Assembly: GCA_937873095.1 (NCBI GenBank)
Contig: CALMVI010000105.1
Location: forward strand, 14,432-78,431
Length of the DNA: 64,000 nucleotides
Reading direction: 5' to 3'
Origin: an uncultured Acetobacteraceae bacterium
Lineage (GTDB): Bacteria; Pseudomonadota; Alphaproteobacteria; Acetobacterales; Acetobacteraceae
Below, in pieces: positions 37,201-46,566 of this stretch (its first letter is position 1; each line of letters begins with the position of its first letter). The notes beneath the pieces are model-generated. The model was not told the origin of the DNA. It searched no databases and was given only the letters and a program-made list of their open reading frames with translations. The position numbers and the translations under genes were made by a program.

Positions 37201-39677
37201 ATGGGAAAGCTGAGTATCCGGCTGTTGGTTGGGCTGGTGGCGGGGGCCGAGCTGTCCGCTACGGGCGCTCTCGCCCAGGGCGCGGTCGACGCGCCGGCAA
37301 CCCAAACCGCCGGCCCGGCGACGCCCGCGGTCTCGGGGGCCGCAGCCGCGACGCCGTCCTTGCGCAGAGCCAGGCCCGACAGGACCGGCCAGACCGAGGC
37401 CGCCTCCGGCGCGAACACGGTCGAGGAAGTCGTCGTGACCGCCAACAAGCGCGAGCAGAGGCTGAACAAGGTCGGCCAGGATGTCAGCGTCATCAGCGGC
37501 GCCCAGTTGGCCAGGCAGCACATCACGTCGGTGCAGGACGTTGCGGCGACGACGCCCGGGCTCGAATTCTCGGAGAGCGGCACCGATACGCCGATCTACA
37601 CGCTGCGCGGCGTGGGCTTCAACGAGTCGACGCTCGGCGTGTTTCCCGACGTCAGCGTGTACATCGACGAAGTGCCGCTGCAATTCCCGGCCATGACACT
37701 GCACTCCGCCTACGACCTGCAACGGATCGAGGTGTTGAAGGGTCCGCAGGGGACCCTGTTTGGCGAGAACGCGACGGGCGGCGCGATCAACTACATCGCC
37801 AAGAAACCAAGCAACGTGTTCGGCGCCGGCGCCGACATCAGCTACGGCAACTACAACGACGTGCAGGGCGACGCCTACATCACCGGCCCGCTGGCGCCGA
37901 ACCTTACGGCGCGCTTCGCCCTGACGGGCGAGCGTTCGGATGGCTGGCAGTACAGCTACACGCGGCCGAACGACCATAACGGCGCGATCGATTACGTGGC
38001 GGGCCGCGCCACCTTCGACTACCAGCCGAATGACGAGCTGAAGCTGTCTCTCGTGCTCAACGCGTGGAACGACCAGTCCCAGCCGGAAGCGCCGCAGCTG
38101 ATTGCCATACGGCCGCAGATCCCCGCGGGCGAACATCTATCCGAGCTCCGGTATCCGTTCCCGCCGGACCACAGCATAACCGCCGCCGACTGGAACCCCG
38201 GCGCCCTGACGCCGAGCAGCGACCGCCAACTCTACCAGGCGGCGTTTCGCGCCGATTGGGCGATCGACGACGCCCTCAAGCTCACCTCGCTCACCTCGTT
38301 CAGCCATTTCGACCAGAACGTCTCCACCGACGAGGACGGCACCAGCCTGGCGCTGGCCAATGTGGGGCCGAGTTTCGGGCGGCTGACCACGGTCAACCAG
38401 GAATTGCGCCTTGCCGGCACGATGAACCGGTTCCGCTGGGTGCTCGGCGTGAATTACGAGCACGACTACACCAACGAGAACCAGGCGCTGGATTTTCCGA
38501 CGATTCGTCCTCGTATCCCGGCACGCTGAACATCGCGACCACCGGCTCGGTCAACACCGGCATCATCAACAACTACGCAGCCTTCGGCAACGTCGAGTAC
38601 GACATCTTGCCGGACGTCACCCTGAAAGGCGGCGCTCGCTATACCGAGGCCGACAACAGCACTGTCGAGCGCGGCATCTGCAACGGCAACGGCCTTACCT
38701 GCACCCTGTTCAACGTCATCGGCCAGGAGCTCGGCACGCAGCCGTTTCCGCCGCAGACGACGGGCGGCAACTACACCCTGAACTTCAACCACGTGCCTGG
38801 CTTTCCGTTCAACGGCAGCCTGAATGAAAACAACATCGCTTGGCGCGGTGGCGTCGACTGGCGCGCAAACGACCACACCCTCCTTTACGCGAACATCTCC
38901 CGCGGTTTCAAAGCCGGCAGCTTTCCGACACTCGCCGGCTCCACCTTCGCGGAGTTCGAGCCGGTGAAGCAGGAATCGGTGACGTCCTACGAGGCCGGCG
39001 TCAAGGCGGGGCTGTTCGATCATAGCGTGCAGCTGAACGGTGCCGGCTTCTACTACACGTATAACGACAAGCAGGTGCGCGGGAAAATCATCGACCCGAT
39101 CTTCGACGTGCTCGACGTGCTCATCAACGTGCCGCGGTCGCACATCTACGGTGTGGAAGGCGACGCCACATGGCTGCCGCCTGTTCACGGCCTGACGCTG
39201 AACGCCGCGCTCACCTACCTGCAATCCGAAATCGACAAGTACGACGGGCCTTCGGTCTACGGCATCCCGACCAACTTTGCCGGCACCCAGTTGCCGTTCA
39301 CACCACGCTGGAGCTACTCGCTCTCGGGTGACTACCGCATGCCGCTCGGCGATCGCGGAACCCCGTTCGTGTCCCTGGCATGGCACGGCCAGTCCAACGA
39401 AGTCTCTGAACTCGGCGGCAGCACGATCGGCTTCTTCGCCGGCGCCGGCGACCGCAGCGCCACCCAGCTTTCCAAGCCGTTCCAGTTGCCGGCTTACGGG
39501 CTGGTCGATGCGAGCTTGGGCTACGAGTTCCCCGATCGCAAGACGACGCTGCGGTTCTACGGCAAGAACATCTTCAACCGGCTGTACTACACCAATGCCG
39601 TTCCGTATCTCGACGCGACTGTCCGCTATGCCGGCCTGCCCGGCTTCTACGGCGTGCAGCTCAGCAGGACGTTCTGA
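37201..39677 (+). pseudogene. TonB-dependent receptor, interrupted by a 1-nt frameshift in a T4 run
   Basis: ORF 37201-38529 carries the signal peptide and plug (..VVVTANKREQRLNKVGQDVSVI.., ..IEVLKGPQGTLFGENATGGAINY..). ORF 38064-39677 carries the barrel and ends ..YGVQLSRTF. The frames join at 38493-38496 (..NQALDF/SDDSSSYPG..). Confidence 0.8.
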
Positions 39678-39737
39678 TCCCTGCCAGATGCCGGGGCGCC
39701 ACCAGATCAGCAGCGGCTCATCAAGGAGGCCTGGAAA

Positions 39738-41390
39738 ATGAACCACGTTCGACACGAGACGTCCGCGCCCATCGACGCTGTCCTGATCGGGGCAGGTTTC
39801 TCCGGCCTCTACATGCTTCACCGCCTTCGCGGGCTCGGGCTGACCACGCGCGTGTTCGACGCGGCGGACGGCGTGGGCGGCACCTGGTACTGGAACCGCT
39901 ACCCCGGCGCACGCTGCGATTCGGAGAGCCACTACTACTGCTATTCGTTCTCCGAAGAGATACGCAAGGATTGGCAATGGAGCTGCCGCTACCCGGCGCA
40001 GCCAGAGATCCTGGCCTACCTCAACTTCGTTGCCGACCGGCTCGACCTTCGGCGCGACATCGAGTTCGGCACCAGGGTGATCGCAGGCACCTATGACGAG
40101 GAGCACGCCCTCTGGAACGTCGAGACCGATCGCGGCGAGACGGTGCGGGCCCGTTTCCTGATCACCGGCGTCGGCTGCACCTCCGCCGCCGCGACCAGCA
40201 CCCCCGCCATCCCGGGAATCGAGAATTTCTCTGGCGCCACCTACCACACGGCGAGCTGGCCGCACGAGACGGTGGATTTCGCCGGCAAGCGCGTGGGGCT
40301 GATCGGCACCGGGTCCAGCGGCATACAATGCACGCCGCGCCTCGCGGAAGAAGCCGCGCACCTGACGGTGTTCCAGCGTACGCCCAATTACAGCGTGCCG
40401 GCGCGCAACCACCTGCTGACGGACGCGATGCGGCGCGAGCTCGACGACGATTTCGACACGCTACGCCGCAAGACGCTGAACTCACCGATCGGCATGCCAT
40501 TCGACGTGCCGCAAGTCTCGGCACTCGAAGCCTCGCCGGAAGAGCGCAAGCGCAAATACGACGCGCTGTGGGAGACTGGCGGCTTCCGCTTCATGTTCGA
40601 GAGCTACAGCGACCTCGTGCTCGACATCAAGGCGAACGAGACCGCGGCCGAATACGTGCGCACGAAAATACGCGAGAAGGTCAGCGATCCGGCGGTCGCC
40701 GCGATACTGTGCCCGTTCGACCACCCGATCGGCACCAAGCGGCCGCCGATCGACACTGCCTATTACGAGACGTTCAACCGGGACAACGTGACCCTGGTCG
40801 ACATCAAGACAAACCCGATACGCGAAGCCACCGCCGATGGCCTGACCCTGCAGCACGGCGAGCATCACAAGCTGGACGCCATCGTGTTCGCCACCGGCTT
40901 CGACGCGGTGACCGGGGCGTTGATAAAGCTGAACCTGCGCGGCCGTGGTGGCCTGCCGCTGGGCGAGAAATGGTCGGCCGGCCCGCGCGCCTATCTCGGC
41001 CTCTGCACCGCCGGTTTTCCAAACCTGTTCATGATCACCGGCCCCGGCAGCCCGTCAATCCTGGCGAACTTCCCCGTCTGCATAGAGCAGCACGTGGACT
41101 GGATCGCAGACTGCATTTCGCGCATGCGCGCCGAAAGCCGCGTCGAGATCGAACCCTTGGTGGAGGCGGAAGACGCCTGGGCGCGCATGATCGCCGAAGA
41201 CGCCAACAAGACGCTGCTGCCGCTGGCCAATTCCTGGTATATGGGCGCCAACATCCCCGGCAAGCCGCGCGTCTTCCTCGCCTACCCCAACGGGATACAC
41301 GCGTATGCGGAGCTTTGCGCCGGTGTCGCGGAGCGCGGCTACGAGGGCTTCGAACTGCGCAGCCATAAGGTGTTGGAGGCGGCAGACTGA
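39738..41390 (+). CDS. Baeyer-Villiger monooxygenase (CHMO/PAMO/steroid-monooxygenase type)
   Basis: 550 aa with an AGGAGG RBS. Motifs: GAGFSG, GGTWYWNRYPGARCD, the fingerprint FSGATYHTASWP, and GTGSSG. Confidence 0.9.
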   Translation: MNHVRHETSAPIDAVLIGAGFSGLYMLHRLRGLGLTTRVFDAADGVGGTWYWNRYPGARCDSESHYYCYSFSEEIRKDWQWSCRYPAQPEILAYLNFVADRLDLRRDIEFGTRVIAGTYDEEHALWNVETDRGETVRARFLITGVGCTSAAATSTPAIPGIENFSGATYHTASWPHETVDFAGKRVGLIGTGSSGIQCTPRLAEEAAHLTVFQRTPNYSVPARNHLLTDAMRRELDDDFDTLRRKTLNSPIGMPFDVPQVSALEASPEERKRKYDALWETGGFRFMFESYSDLVLDIKANETAAEYVRTKIREKVSDPAVAAILCPFDHPIGTKRPPIDTAYYETFNRDNVTLVDIKTNPIREATADGLTLQHGEHHKLDAIVFATGFDAVTGALIKLNLRGRGGLPLGEKWSAGPRAYLGLCTAGFPNLFMITGPGSPSILANFPVCIEQHVDWIADCISRMRAESRVEIEPLVEAEDAWARMIAEDANKTLLPLANSWYMGANIPGKPRVFLAYPNGIHAYAELCAGVAERGYEGFELRSHKVLEAAD

Positions 41391-41401
41391 AGAAGCCAGG
41401 C

Positions 41402-41430
41402 AGAGTCTTCGTTTTCGCAAAAACGAAGGC
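41402..41430. repeat. AT-rich hairpin repeat (AGAGTCTTC-type), copy 1
   Basis: AGAGTCTTCGTTTT-CGCA-AAAACGAAG forms a 9-bp stem between convergent genes. It shares the 9-nt AGAGTCTTC lead with the copy at 49058. Confidence 0.5.
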
Positions 41431-41444
41431 CTTCCTTGCCGCAC

Positions 41445-42914
41445 TCAGCAAACGCTGAATCGTCTGCCGCAAACGGCGACCGCGGCCCCGCTGAAATCGT
41501 CCAACTCCAGCCGCGCGGCAAGCGCCGGATCGTCGGACGCAGCCACGGCGCGGCGCGCACCTTCGACGTCTGCCACCACAATGGCAGTCGGCGGCCGTTC
41601 GCGGTCGTGCAGCACCGTCCACCCCGCGACACGTCCGGGACCGTCATGGCCAGCCAGGACGGTCCGGACCGGCGTGGCGGCTGCCACCTCTGCCGACACG
41701 TCGACGAAACGGAAGCCGCCCGGCGCAGGCTGGCTGGACCAGAGGCCGAAGCCCTGCTTGGTCAGCAGCCCTGAGACGGAGGACAGCAGACCGGTCCTGG
41801 CCGGCCCGGCGCGCAGCAGCGCCGCCATCCGCGCCGTGGCCTGCAGCACGTAGTTGTTGAACGGGCCGCCGGCAAACGACATGCCGCCGGTCACGGTCAG
41901 GTCGCGCGCCGTGCCCAGCCCGAGCTCCTCGGCGTAGGACAGCACGGCAACCGGAAAGCAGCTGTACAGCTCGACCAGATCGAGGTCGTCCGGACTGAGC
42001 CCGAACGGGTCCAGCGCCGCGCGTCCGGCGATGCGCGCGCCCGGGCAGGCGCCCATCTCGGCGCGCGCCGAAACAGGTGCCATGAAGTTGGATTCGGTGC
42101 TGGCCCAGGGGTGCACCATGCGGTCTGGCGGCACGCCGGCGGCGCGCGCGGCCCCGGCGGAGCAGAACAGCAGTGCTGCCGCCTGGTCGACGTTCCATGA
42201 CGTGCACAGCAGTTTTGTGTAGGGGAACGCCTGCATGGGGTTGCGGCCGGACGGCTGGGCGATCGCCTCTGCCGTATGCGCCGTGCGGTTCCAAGCCTGC
42301 GGGTTGGCCGCGGCGATCTCGCTGAAGCGGCTGTAGATGCTGCCGATCTCGGCACGGTGCTCCTGCAGCGACCGGCCATGGCGGGACCGGAACGCGCTGT
42401 CGATGATGGCGTAATGGCCGACCGCCATGCGCAGGCCGGCCGCAAGCTCCGCCGGGTGGATCAGCGCCTCGGCCGCCCTGAGCCGGACGTCCGGCGCACC
42501 GGTATCTTCCTCCTGCGGCAACGTCAGTCCGGCGATACGGGAGCGCAGAATGCGATGCCCGGCGTCGCCGCCCACCACCAGCGCGGCGCCCACCTCGCCA
42601 TCGGCGATCGCGCGGCAGGCATCGGCAATCAGCGATTGCTGCAGCACGCCGAGCTCGGCGAGCACCGTCGTGGCGCCGGTCGCGCCGACGCTGCGCGCAA
42701 TGACGCGCGCTGGATCGCTGTGCGACCAGCGGCCTTCAGGCACGGCGACGCGCCCGGCCGAGGCCAGCAGGCCCGGCGCGCCGCAATCCAGGCCGGCCTG
42801 GCGCGCCGCGGCAACCATGAGGGCCACCGGACCGACCGACAGCGCCGGGTCCTCTTCGCGCTGGGTGGCCACGCCGACGCCGACCAGGACAGGCGCCCGG
42901 TCGTCGCCTGTCAC
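41445..42914 (-). CDS. Thiolase-fold protein lacking canonical catalytic residues (paralog of 30071-31546)
   Basis: GTG 42914 overlaps the upstream TGA. 489 aa and collinear with the 30071-31546 product (majority of positions identical by eye). Leu sits at the nucleophile position and ..GGMSFAGGPFNNY.. at the His block. Confidence 0.8.
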   Translation of the reverse strand: MTGDDRAPVLVGVGVATQREEDPALSVGPVALMVAAARQAGLDCGAPGLLASAGRVAVPEGRWSHSDPARVIARSVGATGATTVLAELGVLQQSLIADACRAIADGEVGAALVVGGDAGHRILRSRIAGLTLPQEEDTGAPDVRLRAAEALIHPAELAAGLRMAVGHYAIIDSAFRSRHGRSLQEHRAEIGSIYSRFSEIAAANPQAWNRTAHTAEAIAQPSGRNPMQAFPYTKLLCTSWNVDQAAALLFCSAGAARAAGVPPDRMVHPWASTESNFMAPVSARAEMGACPGARIAGRAALDPFGLSPDDLDLVELYSCFPVAVLSYAEELGLGTARDLTVTGGMSFAGGPFNNYVLQATARMAALLRAGPARTGLLSSVSGLLTKQGFGLWSSQPAPGGFRFVDVSAEVAAATPVRTVLAGHDGPGRVAGWTVLHDRERPPTAIVVADVEGARRAVAASDDPALAARLELDDFSGAAVAVCGRRFSVC

Positions 42915-45250
42915 GCGATCACGCCCTCGGCGTGAAGCCGGTCGAACTCGTCGGCGGCCAGGCCCAGCGTGCCGCGCAGCACGCGGTCGTTGTGCTCGCC
43001 CATCACCGGCCCGCGCGTGCCCAGGCTTACGCCGAACCCGCTGACGTTCCAGGGCGCCCGGAACAGCGCCTCCTGCCCCAGGCCGGGCAGTTCGACGATG
43101 TCGGCCATGCTGCGCGCCGCGAGCTGCGGGTCCGCCCAGAGCGCGTCGATGTCGTTGACGGGCGAGGCTGGCACACCGGCCGCGCGCAGGCCGGCGACCA
43201 GGCGATCGCGGTCCTGCGTCGCCGTCCACGCAGCCAGCAGGCCGTCCAGCGTCTCACGGGACGCAAGGCGGCCGGCGGCCTCGGAAAACCGTATGTCGCG
43301 GGCCCAGGGCTCGGCGCTGGCCAGCGCCGACATGGCGGCCCAGTCGCGGTCGTCGCGCACCGCGATGGACAGCCAGCGGTCTTCGCCCTCGGCCGGGAAC
43401 AGGCCATGCGGCGCCATCGCCGGGTGCGCGTTGCCCGCCGGCGGCGGCTGGTGTCCTTGCGCCTGTGCCTGCAGGACGTAGGGGGTCAGGGTGGCGAACA
43501 GCGCCTCGGTCTGCGACAGGTCTATGTAGCACCCGAGCCCGGTGGCTTCGCGGCGCTCCAGGGCCGCGAACAGCGCCGCCAACGCGTGCACGGCCGCGTT
43601 CGGGTCGCCGATGGCGAAGTTCAGTGCGCCGGTCGGCGGCTCGCTTCCGTAGCCCACGAGCGACTCAAGCCCCACGAAGCTGGACATGGTCGGTGCATAG
43701 GTCCGCATGTCCGAAAGCGGGCCGAACTGCCCGGCGCCGGACATCGCGACCATGATGAGCCGCGGGTTGACGGCGGCGAGCGCGTCGTAGCCGATGCCGG
43801 TCCGCTCGAGCGTGCCGGCCGACATGTTCTCCAGCACCACGTCGCTGATCGCCGCCAGGCGCTTCAGCAGGTCGACACCCGCCGCGTCTTTCAGGTTCAG
43901 CGTGACGCCGAGCTTGCCCTTGTTGATCTGGTGGAACATCGGCGACATGTCGGTGGTCTGGCCCTCGATGCGCCGCCCGTCGCGTATGATGGCGCCCGAC
44001 AAGCGTGAATTGTCCGGCCGCTGGCCATGCTCGACCTTGATCACTTCCGCGCCGAACTGGGCCAGCACGCTGCCCACCTGCGGCGCGGACCAAACCCAGC
44101 CCAGATCCAGCACGCGCAGGCCGGAGAGCGGGCTATGTTCGGCGGGGCGGGCATGAGGGGCGGCGTGCGCCAGCAACTCCTGCGCCAGGTTCGGGCCTTG
44201 CGACGTGCCCCGGGCCTGCGCCGCGCGGAACGGAAGCCCGGGGCCGAGCAGGGTCCGGCCACCGATGCTCCACCGCTGCAGGAAGTCGCGCTGGGCCAGC
44301 TGCGGCGTCGCCACCACGTCGGCCAGGTCGCGCAGCGGCGCTATCGTCAGGCGGAAACGGTCAGCGATCGCCTCGATCTCCGCCTTCGTGTGCGCGCCCA
44401 GCCACGGCGCGATGAGGGCGTCCACCTCTTCGGGATAGTGCTGCCCCATGGCCCGCAGCTTCTGGTAGCGCGGCTCACGCGCCCAGGCGGGCGCGCCGAT
44501 CGCCTCGACGAAGCGCTCCCATTCCGCGCGCGTCCGGCCGGACAGGCATACGGCGCCGTCCGCGCAGGGCAGGATGACGAACGGGTATGCGCCGCCGGAA
44601 TCGGACGCGCGCCGCCCGGCGCGATGCCAGCGCATGCCGTGATGGATGTAGAAGCGGCAATTGACCGCCACGTAGCTCGCCAGCACGTCGGTCAGCGCGA
44701 TGTCGACGATACGCCCGCCCTCGGGGCCGGCACCGGCCAGACGCGCCATCAGGCATGCGGCGGCCAGGTGCGCGCCCGCCTGGCACTCCAGCACGCCAGG
44801 CGGGATGGAGAGCGGCGACCGCCCTGGCTCGCCAAGCGCCCAGGCGACGCTCGCCACTGCCTGTGCGTCCAGCGGCACCGCGGGCGCGTCTGCCAGCGGA
44901 CCTGTCATGCCGAAGACGGACGCCACGCCGAACACCGTGCCGGGCTGGCGTGCGGCGGATTGGGCGACCGTGCGGCCGGTCACGGCCGAAAGCCGCGCCG
45001 CGTCGTCGGTGATGACAAGGTCGGCGCCGGCTACCGCTTCGGCCGCACCCTCCGCCGACGCCGTGCGCTTGCCGTCCGCGTAGTAGGCGAGTGCCAGAGC
45101 AATCTGGTCGGCGCCATCGGCCGCCACCGCCTGGGCGCCGGCACGCACGATCTCCGCGCCCATGCGCTGCAGCAGCCAGCCGCAATAAGCACCTGCGATG
45201 CCGCTGCTGACCTCCACCACGCGCAGAGGGGAGCCGGACGCATCGTTCAT
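42911..45250 (-). CDS. Tandem (duplicated) family III CoA-transferase
   Basis: 779 aa in two modules: ..LRVVEVSSGIAGAYCGWLLQRMGAEIV.. (1-~385) and ..LRVLDLGWVWSAPQVGSVLAQFGAEVIKVEH.. (~390-779). The ATG overlaps the upstream TGA. Confidence 0.85.
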   Translation of the reverse strand: MNDASGSPLRVVEVSSGIAGAYCGWLLQRMGAEIVRAGAQAVAADGADQIALALAYYADGKRTASAEGAAEAVAGADLVITDDAARLSAVTGRTVAQSAARQPGTVFGVASVFGMTGPLADAPAVPLDAQAVASVAWALGEPGRSPLSIPPGVLECQAGAHLAAACLMARLAGAGPEGGRIVDIALTDVLASYVAVNCRFYIHHGMRWHRAGRRASDSGGAYPFVILPCADGAVCLSGRTRAEWERFVEAIGAPAWAREPRYQKLRAMGQHYPEEVDALIAPWLGAHTKAEIEAIADRFRLTIAPLRDLADVVATPQLAQRDFLQRWSIGGRTLLGPGLPFRAAQARGTSQGPNLAQELLAHAAPHARPAEHSPLSGLRVLDLGWVWSAPQVGSVLAQFGAEVIKVEHGQRPDNSRLSGAIIRDGRRIEGQTTDMSPMFHQINKGKLGVTLNLKDAAGVDLLKRLAAISDVVLENMSAGTLERTGIGYDALAAVNPRLIMVAMSGAGQFGPLSDMRTYAPTMSSFVGLESLVGYGSEPPTGALNFAIGDPNAAVHALAALFAALERREATGLGCYIDLSQTEALFATLTPYVLQAQAQGHQPPPAGNAHPAMAPHGLFPAEGEDRWLSIAVRDDRDWAAMSALASAEPWARDIRFSEAAGRLASRETLDGLLAAWTATQDRDRLVAGLRAAGVPASPVNDIDALWADPQLAARSMADIVELPGLGQEALFRAPWNVSGFGVSLGTRGPVMGEHNDRVLRGTLGLAADEFDRLHAEGVIA

Positions 45251-46485
45251 TGGGCGGCAACCCTGTCGGCGGGCGTCACGGCAGTGCCGTCGCGCAGCAT
45301 CGCGCTTATCGCCGCCTCGCCGTAGCCAAGCTCGCGCAGCACTTCAGTCGTGTGTTCGCCAAGTCTGGGCGCCGGACGGGCAAGCGTGACGGCCTGGCCG
45401 TCGGCGATCCAGGGCAGGCGGACATGCGGCACGCCATCCAGCTCGGCGAATGTCCGCCGCTCCGCGGTGATGTCGGCGCGCACCGCCTGCTCCAGCCCGG
45501 CGACCGGTGTGACCGGAACCCCCGCGGCGCGGAAGCGCCCGACCCAGACATCCACGTCCTCGCCGGCCAGCAGGGCCACGATCTCCGCCGCCAGCGCGCC
45601 GTTGTTGCGGCTGCGGTCGGCGACCGTGCGGAAGCGCGGATCCTCGACCAGGCGCGGCGCGCCCAGAGCGTTCGCCACGCGCTCCCAAAGCCGCTGGTTC
45701 GGCGCCGCCAGCATCAGGTCACCGTCGCGTGCGGCATAGACCTCGTAGGGGGAAGCGATCGGGTTGCCGGACCCCGCCCGCTTCGGCCGCTGGCCGGTCA
45801 TCCGCGCGGTGGTCGCCTGGTAGGCGACGAGGCTGAACGCGGTATCGACCAGCGCCGTCTCCATGTTGCGGACCGGCTCGCCGCGCTGCCTGGCCAGCAG
45901 GCAGGCCAGCACTCCCATGGCGATCCACTGGCCGGTGCCGAGGTCGATCACCGACGGGGCGCAGCGCACCGGCGGCGCACCCTCATGGCCGTTCATGCGC
46001 ATGATGCCGGTCGCTGCCTGCACGAGCGGATCATATCCCGGCAGGCCACTTCCCAACGGCCCCGCGCCGAATGCGTTGAGTGCGTAATAGAGAATGTCCG
46101 GGTTGACCGCGCGCACTGCCACCTCGCCCATGCCGATGCGATCGGCCACCCCCGGCCGCATGCTCTGCAACAGCACATCCGAGCGCTCCGCCAGCGCCAG
46201 GGCCGCCTGCCGGCCTGCGGCGGCGCCAAGGTCGAGCACCACGCCGCGTTTGCCGGCGTTCATGTGACGGTGAACCACACTGGCGCCATCAAGTTCGGGT
46301 GGCCAATGCCGGGCATCGTCCCCGGCTGGCGCTTCAACCTTTACGACGTCAGCCCCGAGCTGTGCCAGGATCATGGTGGCGTAAGGCCCAGCCATGTTGG
46401 TCGAGAAATCCACGATGCGAACGCCGACGAGGGGTGCGAAGCCCGCAGCGCCAGACGCGGGTTCTGCAGCGCCCGCTTCAGACAT
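45247..46485 (-). CDS. Family III (CaiB/BaiF) CoA-transferase
   Basis: 412 aa with ..GVRIVDFSTNMAGPYATMILAQLGADVVKVE.. and ..GYDPLVQAATG.. Confidence 0.9.
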   Translation of the reverse strand: MSEAGAAEPASGAAGFAPLVGVRIVDFSTNMAGPYATMILAQLGADVVKVEAPAGDDARHWPPELDGASVVHRHMNAGKRGVVLDLGAAAGRQAALALAERSDVLLQSMRPGVADRIGMGEVAVRAVNPDILYYALNAFGAGPLGSGLPGYDPLVQAATGIMRMNGHEGAPPVRCAPSVIDLGTGQWIAMGVLACLLARQRGEPVRNMETALVDTAFSLVAYQATTARMTGQRPKRAGSGNPIASPYEVYAARDGDLMLAAPNQRLWERVANALGAPRLVEDPRFRTVADRSRNNGALAAEIVALLAGEDVDVWVGRFRAAGVPVTPVAGLEQAVRADITAERRTFAELDGVPHVRLPWIADGQAVTLARPAPRLGEHTTEVLRELGYGEAAISAMLRDGTAVTPADRVAAQ

Positions 46486-46498
46486 TCCATGCCTCTTG

Positions 46499-46520
46499 AT
46501 TGTCCAACAATTGAACCGTA
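46499..46520. promoter_or_regulatory. Related box ATTGTCCAACAATTGAACCGTA in the CoA-transferase/acyl-CoA-synthetase divergent spacer
   Basis: It contains the palindrome ATTGT-CCA-ACAAT (GntR-type t.GT-N3-AC.a) plus the CAATTG and ACCGTA elements of the GTCAATTGTC box, with different spacing. Confidence 0.3.
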
Positions 46521-46566
46521 GATTTGTCGTAACGGGCGGTCAAGCTTCGGAGGCAAAGTCCAGCAC

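Noticed and set aside
38485-38500. Programmed -1 ribosomal frameshifting as the explanation for the split TonB receptor (and likewise for hyuA at 6094-6113)
   Set aside because: There is no canonical X-XXY-YYZ heptamer plus downstream structure, and neither gene family is known to use recoding. A homopolymer indel (mutation or sequencing error) is simpler. This is kept only as a remote alternative.
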